A stretch of DNA of 64,000 bases from Bacillota bacterium (GTDB lineage: Bacteria > Bacillota > Clostridia > SK-Y3): assembly GCA_022360955.1 (NCBI GenBank), contig JAKSBV010000309.1:6053-70052 (forward strand). Reading direction: 5' to 3'. Of the stretch, positions 25,948 through 34,216 are shown piece by piece; position 1 is the stretch's first letter, and the number at the start of each line of letters is the position of its first letter. The notes below the pieces were generated by a model, which saw only the letters and a list, made by a program, of their open reading frames with translations, was not told the origin of the DNA and did no database searches. A program made the translations under genes and the position numbers.

Positions 25948-26610
25948 CTACTTACCAAAGCTGATGCCTCCACCCATACTACTTCTGGAACTGCTGCTGC
26001 CCGAACGTATGGAACGGGAGCTTGATGACGTACTGCTGTTTGTTCTAATTTTACCCGCCGCAGTACTGTCTGTCCGGATTTTATTATTATTTTTTGGTGC
26101 CTGAACCTCCTGTGCAGATGTATTTCTGGTTGTGCCATAGCCGCCTCCATATCGCCCGGAATCGGTTCTATAGTATCCTCTTCCCCGGTAAATATCGTCG
26201 TAGAAAATAATAACATTCGGGCTATAGGGCCTGTAAAGTCCATAGTAACCATTCCTGTGAATATATTTTCTTGAAGAAACCTGCACATAGGTTTTGCCTG
26301 CTTCACCCTTATAGATTAACACATAATGGTCGTCATACATAAGATTAATACTTTGTTCATTGTTTAAATCACTATAAGACATAGGCTTTTTTTCCTTCAT
26401 AATATACCGTGCGGTGTCCGGGACACTCATCGTCGTTGTGTACACATTTGCTCTATCGGACCTATTCATGGTTCCCGTAAGGCTGGTTGTGTACTCAAAC
26501 TTCGGATCCCTCTCGATTTTCTTTGCCACTGTCACCGAAGGTATACTCAATACGATCGTCAATACCAATATAACGGCAATAATAATATACGTTGTTTTTC
26601 TATTCCCCAC
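25948..26610 (-). CDS. DUF4247-like membrane-anchored protein
   Basis: N-terminal TM, YDDHYVLIYKGE core, Tyr/Gly/Ser-rich tail ending GGGISFGK; GTG start behind AAGGGGGGG; family call from memory and neighbourhood. Confidence 0.5.
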   Translation of the reverse strand: MGNRKTTYIIIAVILVLTIVLSIPSVTVAKKIERDPKFEYTTSLTGTMNRSDRANVYTTTMSVPDTARYIMKEKKPMSYSDLNNEQSINLMYDDHYVLIYKGEAGKTYVQVSSRKYIHRNGYYGLYRPYSPNVIIFYDDIYRGRGYYRTDSGRYGGGYGTTRNTSAQEVQAPKNNNKIRTDSTAAGKIRTNSSTSSSSRSIRSGSSSSRSSMGGGISFGK

Positions 26611-26759
26611 TGCAATCCCCCCCTTCTGTTCGGCATTGTAACATTGCTAGGGTCTGCCCTATTACTATATACGTTACAAAATTCGATATGTTTGTGAATT
26701 CTTTTAATTATTTTCCTTTTTAAGGGCTCTTCTTCTTTCTGCTTAATCCAAATACATTC

Positions 26760-27281
26760 CTAACTTCCCGGATAGATCTCTATATTATAATCTTCTATCC
26801 ATCTGCCTACACTCATCTCAACCTCTCCGTTCCATATTTCGATGGAAAGAAGGTTGTCGCCGTCTTCGTCACTGTATTGATAGTAATCCACCTGTTCCCC
26901 TTTTACGACATTGATATTGCCGGCCACTTCCTCAATGACGGCATCGCTGCCTTCCTGCATATAGTAGGTAATCCCCTTATATTCATAAACTTTCGGGGTT
27001 TCTGTGGTAATGGCCACCACTTCGTTATATAAGCTTATCTCAATATCATCATCCTGCTCCACACTCAGCCAATACGTCTTTCGGGAATCTTTCACCTTGT
27101 ATTCCGTCCATTTCCACCCATGATCATTGAATTTTAATACGGCCTGCACTTCATAATCCGTCTCTTCAATGCTTACGATATCACCCGGACGCATATTGAA
27201 CAATGTTCTGGCTTCCTGCGGCTGTGCATCAGCATTTTTATTGGCTTTCATCAGATTCTTCAACCTGTCGAATATCCCCAT
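26760..27281 (-). CDS. DUF4178 domain protein
   Basis: GDIVSIEETDYEVQAVLKFNDHGWKWTEYKV pattern; start at ATG 27281 behind AAGGAGG gives N-terminus MGIFDRLKNL. Confidence 0.7.
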   Translation of the reverse strand: MGIFDRLKNLMKANKNADAQPQEARTLFNMRPGDIVSIEETDYEVQAVLKFNDHGWKWTEYKVKDSRKTYWLSVEQDDDIEISLYNEVVAITTETPKVYEYKGITYYMQEGSDAVIEEVAGNINVVKGEQVDYYQYSDEDGDNLLSIEIWNGEVEMSVGRWIEDYNIEIYPGS

Positions 27282-27476
27282 CCAACCAGCCTCCTTATCA
27301 TTATAAGACAAATTTTTATCTTTTTCATTGTATCATATAACGTTATGAAATCAAAGCAATGGAAAATTTTTAATAAAAAAATTTATTTTTCATTTCTCTA
27401 AAACTAATCCTTGAATTTTACGTACACTAATATATAATAGAACTAAATTAAAATTGAAAAAAAAGGAGGTTTTTTC

Positions 27477-27860
27477 ATGGATATCAAAGACAAGATTGAA
27501 AGGTTCATGCTTGATATGAATCTTAGTTTTGAAGAAATTGAAGAAAATACGTGGATGATTGAAGATGAGCTATCGCATATAGATAATATCATTGTGAACC
27601 TGTCGGATCCCATTTTGTTATTTAGGGTCAAAATAATGGAAATACCAAAAGAAAATCGTGAGGAATTTTATAAAAAGCTATTGGAGTTAAACGCCAATGA
27701 TTTGCTGCACGGCGCTTATGCCATTGAAAACGACAGCGTGGTCATCGTAGATACGTTGCAGGCGGAAAACCTTGACATGAACGAATTTCAGTCAACTATT
27801 GAAAGTATCGGTATGGCACTGACACAACACTACGATCTGTTGGTGAAATATTTTAATTAG
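27477..27860 (+). CDS. YbjN-like / PspA-associated small protein
   Basis: 127 aa; IERFMLDMNLSFEEIEENTWMIED resembles YbjN-type chaperone-like domains; directly upstream of pspA. Confidence 0.5.
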   Translation: MDIKDKIERFMLDMNLSFEEIEENTWMIEDELSHIDNIIVNLSDPILLFRVKIMEIPKENREEFYKKLLELNANDLLHGAYAIENDSVVIVDTLQAENLDMNEFQSTIESIGMALTQHYDLLVKYFN

Positions 27861-27863
27861 TTA

Positions 27864-27888
27864 TTAGTGGGGAGTGAGGAGTGGGGTG
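27864..27888 (+). repeat. GGGGAGT-type purine word array 3 nt after a stop codon
   Basis: TTAGTGGGGAGTGAGGAGTGGGGTG following TAG at 27858-27860. Confidence 0.7.
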
Positions 27889-27966
27889 TAAATAACCCGT
27901 GAACCATTGAATCCGAATCTCCATTGTGAACTGCAAGTGATATATGATATAAGGAGGTTACTTATT

Positions 27967-28641
27967 ATGGGAATTTTTAGTCGTCTTTCTACGGTCATAA
28001 AATCTAATATCAATGATGCCATTTCAAAGGCAGAAGATCCTGAGAAGATGCTGAATCAAATGATCATTGACATGTCCGAACAATATAACAAAGCGAAGGT
28101 GGAAGTGGCCGCCGCTATCGCCGACGAGAAAAAACTTAAAAAGCTACTGGATGAGCACGAAGCGAAGGTGAATGAGTGGTCAAGCAAAGCAGAACTGGCC
28201 GTTTCCAAAGGTGATGACAGTCTTGCCATTGCCGCACTCAATCGCAAAAAAGAATATGAAAGTCTTGCGGAACAGTATAAGACCCAGTGGGAAGCACAGA
28301 AGGCTGCAACGGATAAACTGAAAGCCAGTCTGCGAGACCTTAGTACTAAAATAGAGGAAGCAAAACGCAAAAAGAATCTTTTGATCGCCAGAGCTAAAAG
28401 AGCGGAAGCACAAAAATCGATTCAAAAGACCATGTCGGGCCTGAATGATACCAGCGCTTTCGATTCTTTTAACCGTATGGAGGAAAAGGTCAACGATATC
28501 GAAAGTCGGGCAATGGCTGAAGTAGAACTCAACGAAGCAATGGCCGGCGACGATTTGGAAAAACAATTCTCCGAATTGGAAAATGAGAATGGTGAAGTCA
28601 TGGACGAATTAGCCGCATTAAAGGCTAAGATGGGAAAGTAA
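27967..28641 (+). CDS. pspA: PspA/IM30 family protein
   Basis: MGIFSRLSTVIKSNINDAISKAEDPEKMLNQMI N-terminus and long coiled coil; start at ATG 27967 behind AAGGAGG. Confidence 0.9.
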   Translation: MGIFSRLSTVIKSNINDAISKAEDPEKMLNQMIIDMSEQYNKAKVEVAAAIADEKKLKKLLDEHEAKVNEWSSKAELAVSKGDDSLAIAALNRKKEYESLAEQYKTQWEAQKAATDKLKASLRDLSTKIEEAKRKKNLLIARAKRAEAQKSIQKTMSGLNDTSAFDSFNRMEEKVNDIESRAMAEVELNEAMAGDDLEKQFSELENENGEVMDELAALKAKMGK

Positions 28642-28646
28642 CGACA

Positions 28647-28685
28647 TAGTAGCGTACAGTGTACAGGATACAGCATACAGTAAGG
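28647..28685 (+). repeat. GTACAGG/ATACAG-type word array 3' of pspA
   Basis: TAGTAGCGTACAGTGTACAGGATACAGCATACAGTAAGG, starting 6 nt after TAA. Confidence 0.7.
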
Positions 28686-28695
28686 TAGAATATCC

Positions 28696-28727
28696 AAAAG
28701 GTAATCCATTCGGGTTACCTTTTTTTG
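28696..28727 (+). terminator. intrinsic terminator of pspA
   Basis: AAGGTAA-tccattcggg-TTACCTT followed by TTTTTT. Confidence 0.65.
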
Positions 28728-28739
28728 AACAAAAATTTG

Positions 28740-28759
28740 GGCAGACCCTTTGGTCTGCC
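28740..28759. terminator. second GC-rich hairpin between convergent genes
   Basis: GGCAGACC-cttt-GGTCTGCC; modest T/A runs on both sides. Confidence 0.4.
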
Positions 28760-28816
28760 TTTATCGGTTTAGGCGCCTTGATCTCCTTGCGATGCATCAT
28801 GCCCCATTGATTTTAA

Positions 28817-28849
28817 CTATACGCTGTATCCTGTACACTGTATCCTGAT
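28817..28849 (-). repeat. inverted partner word array, 3' of the DUF4097 gene (purine-rich on its sense strand)
   Basis: plus strand CTATACGCTGTATCCTGTACACTGTATCCTGATT, complementary in word content to 28647-28685. Confidence 0.7.
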
Positions 28850-28870
28850 TTTAGCCGTACCCCGCATCCC

Positions 28871-30226
28871 TTATCTTTTTTTAAAGTGAATTCTCCCTGA
28901 GCCGGTTCTCACTCTAAAAGGTGTTCCCCCGCCGTTTACTTTTCCTTCCACTTCACTGTCCCTGCTTCTATCATCATTAAATTTTATCTCTGTATCATCA
29001 AACTCACAGGAAATGCGGCCGGACAATGTGCTTGCATCTATATCAAACTTAAAGTCCTCCGGTAAATATAACCTCACATCACCGGAGCGAGCGTGAACCC
29101 TATAGCCGTCCGGCGTTTCTTCAAATGCATGGGATAAATGGATATCTCCCGATCCGGTTCGGAACGAAGATCCTTTTTTGAAGAGCCCCTCTTTTATCCA
29201 TACGTCTCCCGATCCGGTTTCCAGCTCTACTTTTCCTTCGTACGATCCCACATCTATATTCGCCGAACTCGCCGAAACGCGGACGTCTGCTTTTACCTTT
29301 TGCGCCTTAATATCTCCCGAACCGGAAGTGATCTCTATTGCATCGGCCACTGCCTCATTCAACGTTAATGTTCCGGACCCCGATTGTATATGAACCGTTC
29401 CGGCCGTCATATCTGTTAATATTTTATCCCCTGAATTGGATTGAACCTTTGCGCTCCGGGCTTTAAGCCGGTCAACCTTCAAATTGCCGGAGCCGGCCTG
29501 TATCTCTAGAATATCCGTCTCAATATCTGCAAGCCTTTTGTCCCCTGACGCAGAAATAATAGCTGCCTCTTCTGCCGCAAGATGCTGCAAGTCCAAATTG
29601 CCTGAACCCGCTTCTATATTTACGGTATCTGCCTGAATATTTTTCAAGGTCTTGTCCCCGGAAGAAGAAATAACGTTCAGAACACTTTTGTTTTTCAGCC
29701 CGTCAATGTCTATCTCCCCCGAGCCGCTTTTGACCTCAATCTGTTGAAGCTGCTCCGGAAGTTCTACCTCTAGATTCAAATCCATTCTTCTCACCTTTAA
29801 ACCGTTAAAAACCATGGATTGGTAAACAACAATCCCGTCTTTTTCTTTTGTTTCACTTTTCATGCTTGAGCCGGATGCATATTGAACTTCTAAAACAATC
29901 TTATTGTCCTCTTCTCTTACATCCAAAAATATGTCGTCGATCAGCGGTCGTGTACCCCTACTCTCTATTTCTTTATGCAGCACCGCACGTACCACGTCTG
30001 CTTTTGTTGTTCTGACTGTTACATCGCCACTATTGCAGATGACTTCAATTTCTCGCTGCTCGTTCAATGTGATTTCTTCCTTTTGCGTATCTTTTTCAAG
30101 CTTGGTTTTGCCAAATACATCGGAAAAACCCGTTGCACCAACCTCTTGTCCGTTTATTGTAACGGTGCAACCACTCATAAAAGAGATGAAAATCAATAAT
30201 ACACCTATCACTACAAATTTTTTCAT
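28871..30226 (-). CDS. DUF4097 beta-strand repeat lipoprotein (LiaG-like putative adhesin)
   Basis: lipobox FISFMSGC; many SGSG(D/N)(I/L) repeat units. Confidence 0.8.
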   Translation of the reverse strand: MKKFVVIGVLLIFISFMSGCTVTINGQEVGATGFSDVFGKTKLEKDTQKEEITLNEQREIEVICNSGDVTVRTTKADVVRAVLHKEIESRGTRPLIDDIFLDVREEDNKIVLEVQYASGSSMKSETKEKDGIVVYQSMVFNGLKVRRMDLNLEVELPEQLQQIEVKSGSGEIDIDGLKNKSVLNVISSSGDKTLKNIQADTVNIEAGSGNLDLQHLAAEEAAIISASGDKRLADIETDILEIQAGSGNLKVDRLKARSAKVQSNSGDKILTDMTAGTVHIQSGSGTLTLNEAVADAIEITSGSGDIKAQKVKADVRVSASSANIDVGSYEGKVELETGSGDVWIKEGLFKKGSSFRTGSGDIHLSHAFEETPDGYRVHARSGDVRLYLPEDFKFDIDASTLSGRISCEFDDTEIKFNDDRSRDSEVEGKVNGGGTPFRVRTGSGRIHFKKR

Positions 30227-30228
30227 TT

Positions 30229-30870
30229 TTATTTCCTCTCCTGCTTCTTTGCTTTAATGATTAAATAAAACCCCAATGCTAAAAATAGTAGGGATAATGA
30301 TAGATTTTTAGCAGAAATAAGGTGCCAGGTATCAAAATATTTTTCCAATATCCGGTTCATGCTGTCTACAAAAGTACTCAAAAGTCCTAAAGCACCAATG
30401 CCGATTAAAATAGTACCCACCACATTTTTATTGGTAAAAATCTTATCGGTAACCTCCTCAAATGCAGGCAAATTAATATCCTGCAGGATCTCACCCTTAT
30501 TGAGGGAAGCACAGGAGGTAAGGCTGTCAATGAATGCATAAATCCATATCAACCCTATGATCGGACCTACCGTCGTGAAAAAATCCGTTAGCACCATTAT
30601 ACCGAAAAAAGCAAGCAAAAATACCAGTCCCTTGTTTTTAAGGCCCAAATACACATGGCCTGCGCCGGGAATCAGTGAAAGCAGAAAGCATATACCGGTT
30701 TTTCTGCTGCCTGCCACTTTCTTGCCTTCATTTCGAAAAACAGCTTTTTCGATACAGTCACGGCACACTATCCTTCCTTTGATGATAAGGGTCGCTTCTG
30801 CATTTATTGCATTGCCGCATTTTTCACAAATATTTGTTATATTATCCTGTTGGTGATTTTCACCGGTCAT
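30229..30870 (-). CDS. zinc-ribbon membrane protein
   Basis: CEKCGN...CRDC ribbon then about 4 TM helices; operon position between anti-sigma and DUF4097 genes. Confidence 0.5.
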   Translation of the reverse strand: MTGENHQQDNITNICEKCGNAINAEATLIIKGRIVCRDCIEKAVFRNEGKKVAGSRKTGICFLLSLIPGAGHVYLGLKNKGLVFLLAFFGIMVLTDFFTTVGPIIGLIWIYAFIDSLTSCASLNKGEILQDINLPAFEEVTDKIFTNKNVVGTILIGIGALGLLSTFVDSMNRILEKYFDTWHLISAKNLSLSLLFLALGFYLIIKAKKQERK

Positions 30871-31246
30871 TCCTATACGCCTCCTTCATTTTATCCAACT
30901 TCTTTTGAAAATCTTCTATCCATTTATTAAATGCTCTCACCGAATCATCCATAAATCCATTCACATAATCTGTCGGCCGCGTCATCATCTGTGTCTGCGC
31001 CTGAACCGTATGGTGAAAAAGATCTGCTTTGTCTGGCGGCAATAATACGGTGATAAATATCAGCACGGCTGTCATAACCATACTAATGCCCAGTCGTTTC
31101 ATGTCAATGATCAATGCCGCACGGGGCTTGCAATGCCGTTTTTGGGCGATCTTCCGGACCTCCCCCATCACCTTTTGCGTAAAGTGGGACGGGGCTTTTA
31201 TTTCTTCCGTACCTCCGAACAATTCATCAATGCTGTCCCGCTTCAT
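30860..31246 (-). CDS. putative anti-sigma factor (single-pass membrane protein)
   Basis: overlaps the ECF sigma gene end; central TM LGISMVMTAVLIFITVLL; start at ATG 31246 behind GGAGGTGA; no zf-HC2 motif seen. Confidence 0.45.
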   Translation of the reverse strand: MKRDSIDELFGGTEEIKAPSHFTQKVMGEVRKIAQKRHCKPRAALIIDMKRLGISMVMTAVLIFITVLLPPDKADLFHHTVQAQTQMMTRPTDYVNGFMDDSVRAFNKWIEDFQKKLDKMKEAYRNDR

Positions 31247-31811
31247 GCCATTCACCTCCATATCCGTCTAACACAAGATAGCTTTTCAATATCTTCTTAG
31301 CGCGGTACAACCGTGTTTCAACGGTTCTGACAGACAGTTCCAATATTTCCGCTATATCTCGATAGCTTAAGTGCTGATAGTAAAACATTACGACAACGAT
31401 TCTATATTTTTCATCCAATTTATTAACCGCGTTCTGCAGTGTTTTCTGTTCTTCGTTCAATATATATATTTCCTGGGGGGCAGGGGTATCTGCTTTGACA
31501 TCGTCTATTTGTCCGGTACCGCCGAAGAAGGTGAAAAAGTTTTTTCTCTTCTTGCTTCTATACCAGTCAATGCATTTATTGGATGCAATCTTATAAAGCC
31601 AGGTAGAAACGCGGGCGTCGGCTTTAAAGGAAGGCAATTTTTTATATACCGTTATAAATATTTCTTGGCAGATGTCCTCGGTTTCGCTATAGTCTCCCGT
31701 AAAGCGGTACACAAGATTAAACACCTTATCTTTGTATCTGTCTACAAAAATGGAGAACATATGGGTTTCACCCGCTATTATTTTTTGTATCATTTCTTGA
31801 TCCGATAGCAA
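31227..31811 (-). CDS. ECF-type RNA polymerase sigma-70 factor
   Basis: region 2 (FSIFVDRYKDKVFNLVYRF, DICQEIFITVYK) and region 4 (LSYRDIAEILELSVRTVETRLYRAKK); start uncertain (TTG 31811, ATG 31793 or GTG 31838). Confidence 0.9.
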   Translation of the reverse strand: MLSDQEMIQKIIAGETHMFSIFVDRYKDKVFNLVYRFTGDYSETEDICQEIFITVYKKLPSFKADARVSTWLYKIASNKCIDWYRSKKRKNFFTFFGGTGQIDDVKADTPAPQEIYILNEEQKTLQNAVNKLDEKYRIVVVMFYYQHLSYRDIAEILELSVRTVETRLYRAKKILKSYLVLDGYGGEWHEAGQH

Positions 31812-31963
31812 TCCCCATCCCCCCTTTTTGTCTTTCACTTTATTTAGACGCCGTTTATTTTAAAACTACTTCAAATGATTTTAAAAATTTTGGCGGACCT
31901 TGGGGACGAACTTTTCGATTCCTCTTTGAAGGATAAAAAAATCCGTCCCCAATATCCGTTCTC

Positions 31964-32959
31964 TTACCTTAAAAAAGGTACCGGCAGCTCCAATATATAA
32001 CAAATCTGTAGTATAAGCTCAATAAGAATAAAAATGCATCCCAGAATAAGCGGAATGTAATATGCAAACGGTACACGGCCATCCTCTCTGCTCACATCAA
32101 TAGGCCCTACGACCGTCCTCTCCGTATTATGTCTTAACAATGTCATGAGTCCCCAAAATGCGGCAGCCGCAAAGATAACAAGCAACATAAAAAATGCCGT
32201 GCTCATCCAATCGAGTTGAGGCATCTGTATGCTTTCCGCTTCCGGCAAAGGTATACTCAGCATTTGCTGCAGTTTTCTTACACCGTACGTAGCCAAAACA
32301 GCAATGCTGTTATTGGTAAAATGGGCAATAACACCGGCAAAAATGGAATTTGTCCTGTAGACCACATATCCAAGCAAGAGTCCGATCAGGAAGATGGGGA
32401 TAATGGTTTGAATATTGCGATGCATGATTGAAAACAATAAGGCCGATACAATAAGAGCGGTCTTTTTCCCAAATCTTTCATACCCTCGCATAATCACCCC
32501 TCTAGCCATTACTTCTTCACAAATCGCCGGACATAAGGCAAGAACTATAAGGCCTAAGAAAAGCTCCGTTACATTATTAATCTCGGGCAACGGGTTGGGC
32601 AGCGGTCTTCCGAAGGTGCTGATCAGCAAATGAATCAATAAATTTATAAATCCGATTAGAGGGATTGCAAATAGCGTCATCCCAAATACAATCAGCCCGT
32701 TGCTTATCGATATTTTGTTGAGCCGCAGCACCTCCTTGACATTTTTACGTCTTGCGACAATATATGCGCATGAAGGTACTAAAAAAAAGACTACTTGTAT
32801 TGCAATTGTGGAAAAACTTGTCATTTCAAGCCGCACATCTTTTATTTGAATCAATATGCCCAAACCGAAAAGAATTGCTGCCCCGATAAAAAATATCGTA
32901 TTCGCCCCTAAAATTGAGACATTTTGATCTGGGTTTCTTACTGTTTTAATTTCATCCAT
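31964..32959 (-). CDS. CPBP family intramembrane glutamic endopeptidase
   Basis: EEVMARG, FSIMHRN, HFTNN motifs. Confidence 0.85.
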   Translation of the reverse strand: MDEIKTVRNPDQNVSILGANTIFFIGAAILFGLGILIQIKDVRLEMTSFSTIAIQVVFFLVPSCAYIVARRKNVKEVLRLNKISISNGLIVFGMTLFAIPLIGFINLLIHLLISTFGRPLPNPLPEINNVTELFLGLIVLALCPAICEEVMARGVIMRGYERFGKKTALIVSALLFSIMHRNIQTIIPIFLIGLLLGYVVYRTNSIFAGVIAHFTNNSIAVLATYGVRKLQQMLSIPLPEAESIQMPQLDWMSTAFFMLLVIFAAAAFWGLMTLLRHNTERTVVGPIDVSREDGRVPFAYYIPLILGCIFILIELILQICYILELPVPFLR

Positions 32960-33205
32960 ATGTCGAACAGCCTCCAATTTTTAATAAAGAATTGCTTTCT
33001 ACTGCGTTATTATTTTTTAATAACCTCTTCTCCATGAAAATGCATACTTATATATTACAATATTGCTGTTGACATTGTCTACAAGTAATGTGAAATCCTT
33101 TATGTAAAACTTTGCTGTATACACCCAAAACAAAACAGCAGTGTGGACCCACACTGCTGCCTGTTTGCTTTCCTGCCCATTCATATAGAAATTTTTTCTT
33201 TTTGA

Positions 33206-34165
33206 TTACTGATTTACAACATTGACAGGATGACCTGCTAAGAATTGTTCCAAGTTATCTGTTGCAATATTCATAAGCCGTTCTCTGGCCTCTTTCGGAG
33301 CCCATGCAATATGCGGTGTAATAATAATATTTTTCGCCGTAATGAGCGGATTCTCCATTTTGATCGGTTCGGTGGATACGACATCTACGGCTGCTCCGGC
33401 CACTTTTCCGCTGTTCAGCGCCTCAGCCAGCTCTTCCTCTACAATCAGAGGTCCTCTGGATGTATTGATGAGCATTACACCATCTTTCATTTTTGCAATT
33501 GTATCTTTATTGATGATCCCCTTTGTACTTTCAAATAGCGGACAGTGTAAGCTGATTACATCCGATTGTGTCAACAGCTCATCCAAAGCTGCATATTTTA
33601 TGCTATCGGTTTCCAGCATTTTATTTTGATATTCATCATACGCCAATACATTCATGCCGAAAGCCTGTGCTATTTTGCCTACTGCTTGACCGATTCTCCC
33701 GAACCCGATAATCCCCATTGTTTTTCCTGCTAACTCAATCAACGGGTAATTCCAGAAGCAAAAATCCGGACAGTTTGTCCATGCACCTCTTTTAACTTCT
33801 TCATGATGGGCCCACACATGATGGCACATTTCCAATAATAAAGCTATCGTCATTTGCGCTACTGCCGTTGTGCCGTATGTCGGAATATTTGCAACCGGAA
33901 TCCCTTGTTCTTTGGCAGCTTCCACATCTACTACATTATAGCCTGTTGCCAATACACCAATCCATTTAAGTTGAGACGCCTGCTCCAATGTTTCTCTTGT
34001 CAAGGGTGTTTTATTCGTATAAACGATTTCCGCATCACCGATTCTTTCCAATATCTTATCTTGCGGAGTGCGATCGTAAACCGTTAGCTCTCCCAGCTTT
34101 TGCAGTCCTTCCCATGTTAGATCTCCGGGATTTAACGTGTATCCGTCTAATATTACAATCTTCAT
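33206..34165 (-). CDS. D-isomer-specific 2-hydroxyacid dehydrogenase (glycerate/hydroxypyruvate reductase-like)
   Basis: GIIGFGRIGQAVG NAD motif and catalytic R/E/H context (NTSRGPLI, PHIAWA); start at ATG 34165. Confidence 0.9.
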   Translation of the reverse strand: MKIVILDGYTLNPGDLTWEGLQKLGELTVYDRTPQDKILERIGDAEIVYTNKTPLTRETLEQASQLKWIGVLATGYNVVDVEAAKEQGIPVANIPTYGTTAVAQMTIALLLEMCHHVWAHHEEVKRGAWTNCPDFCFWNYPLIELAGKTMGIIGFGRIGQAVGKIAQAFGMNVLAYDEYQNKMLETDSIKYAALDELLTQSDVISLHCPLFESTKGIINKDTIAKMKDGVMLINTSRGPLIVEEELAEALNSGKVAGAAVDVVSTEPIKMENPLITAKNIIITPHIAWAPKEARERLMNIATDNLEQFLAGHPVNVVNQ

Positions 34166-34216
34166 GTCCCACATCTCCTTTTTGATTTTTGGGTTCAATT
34201 ACACATATAATCTATT

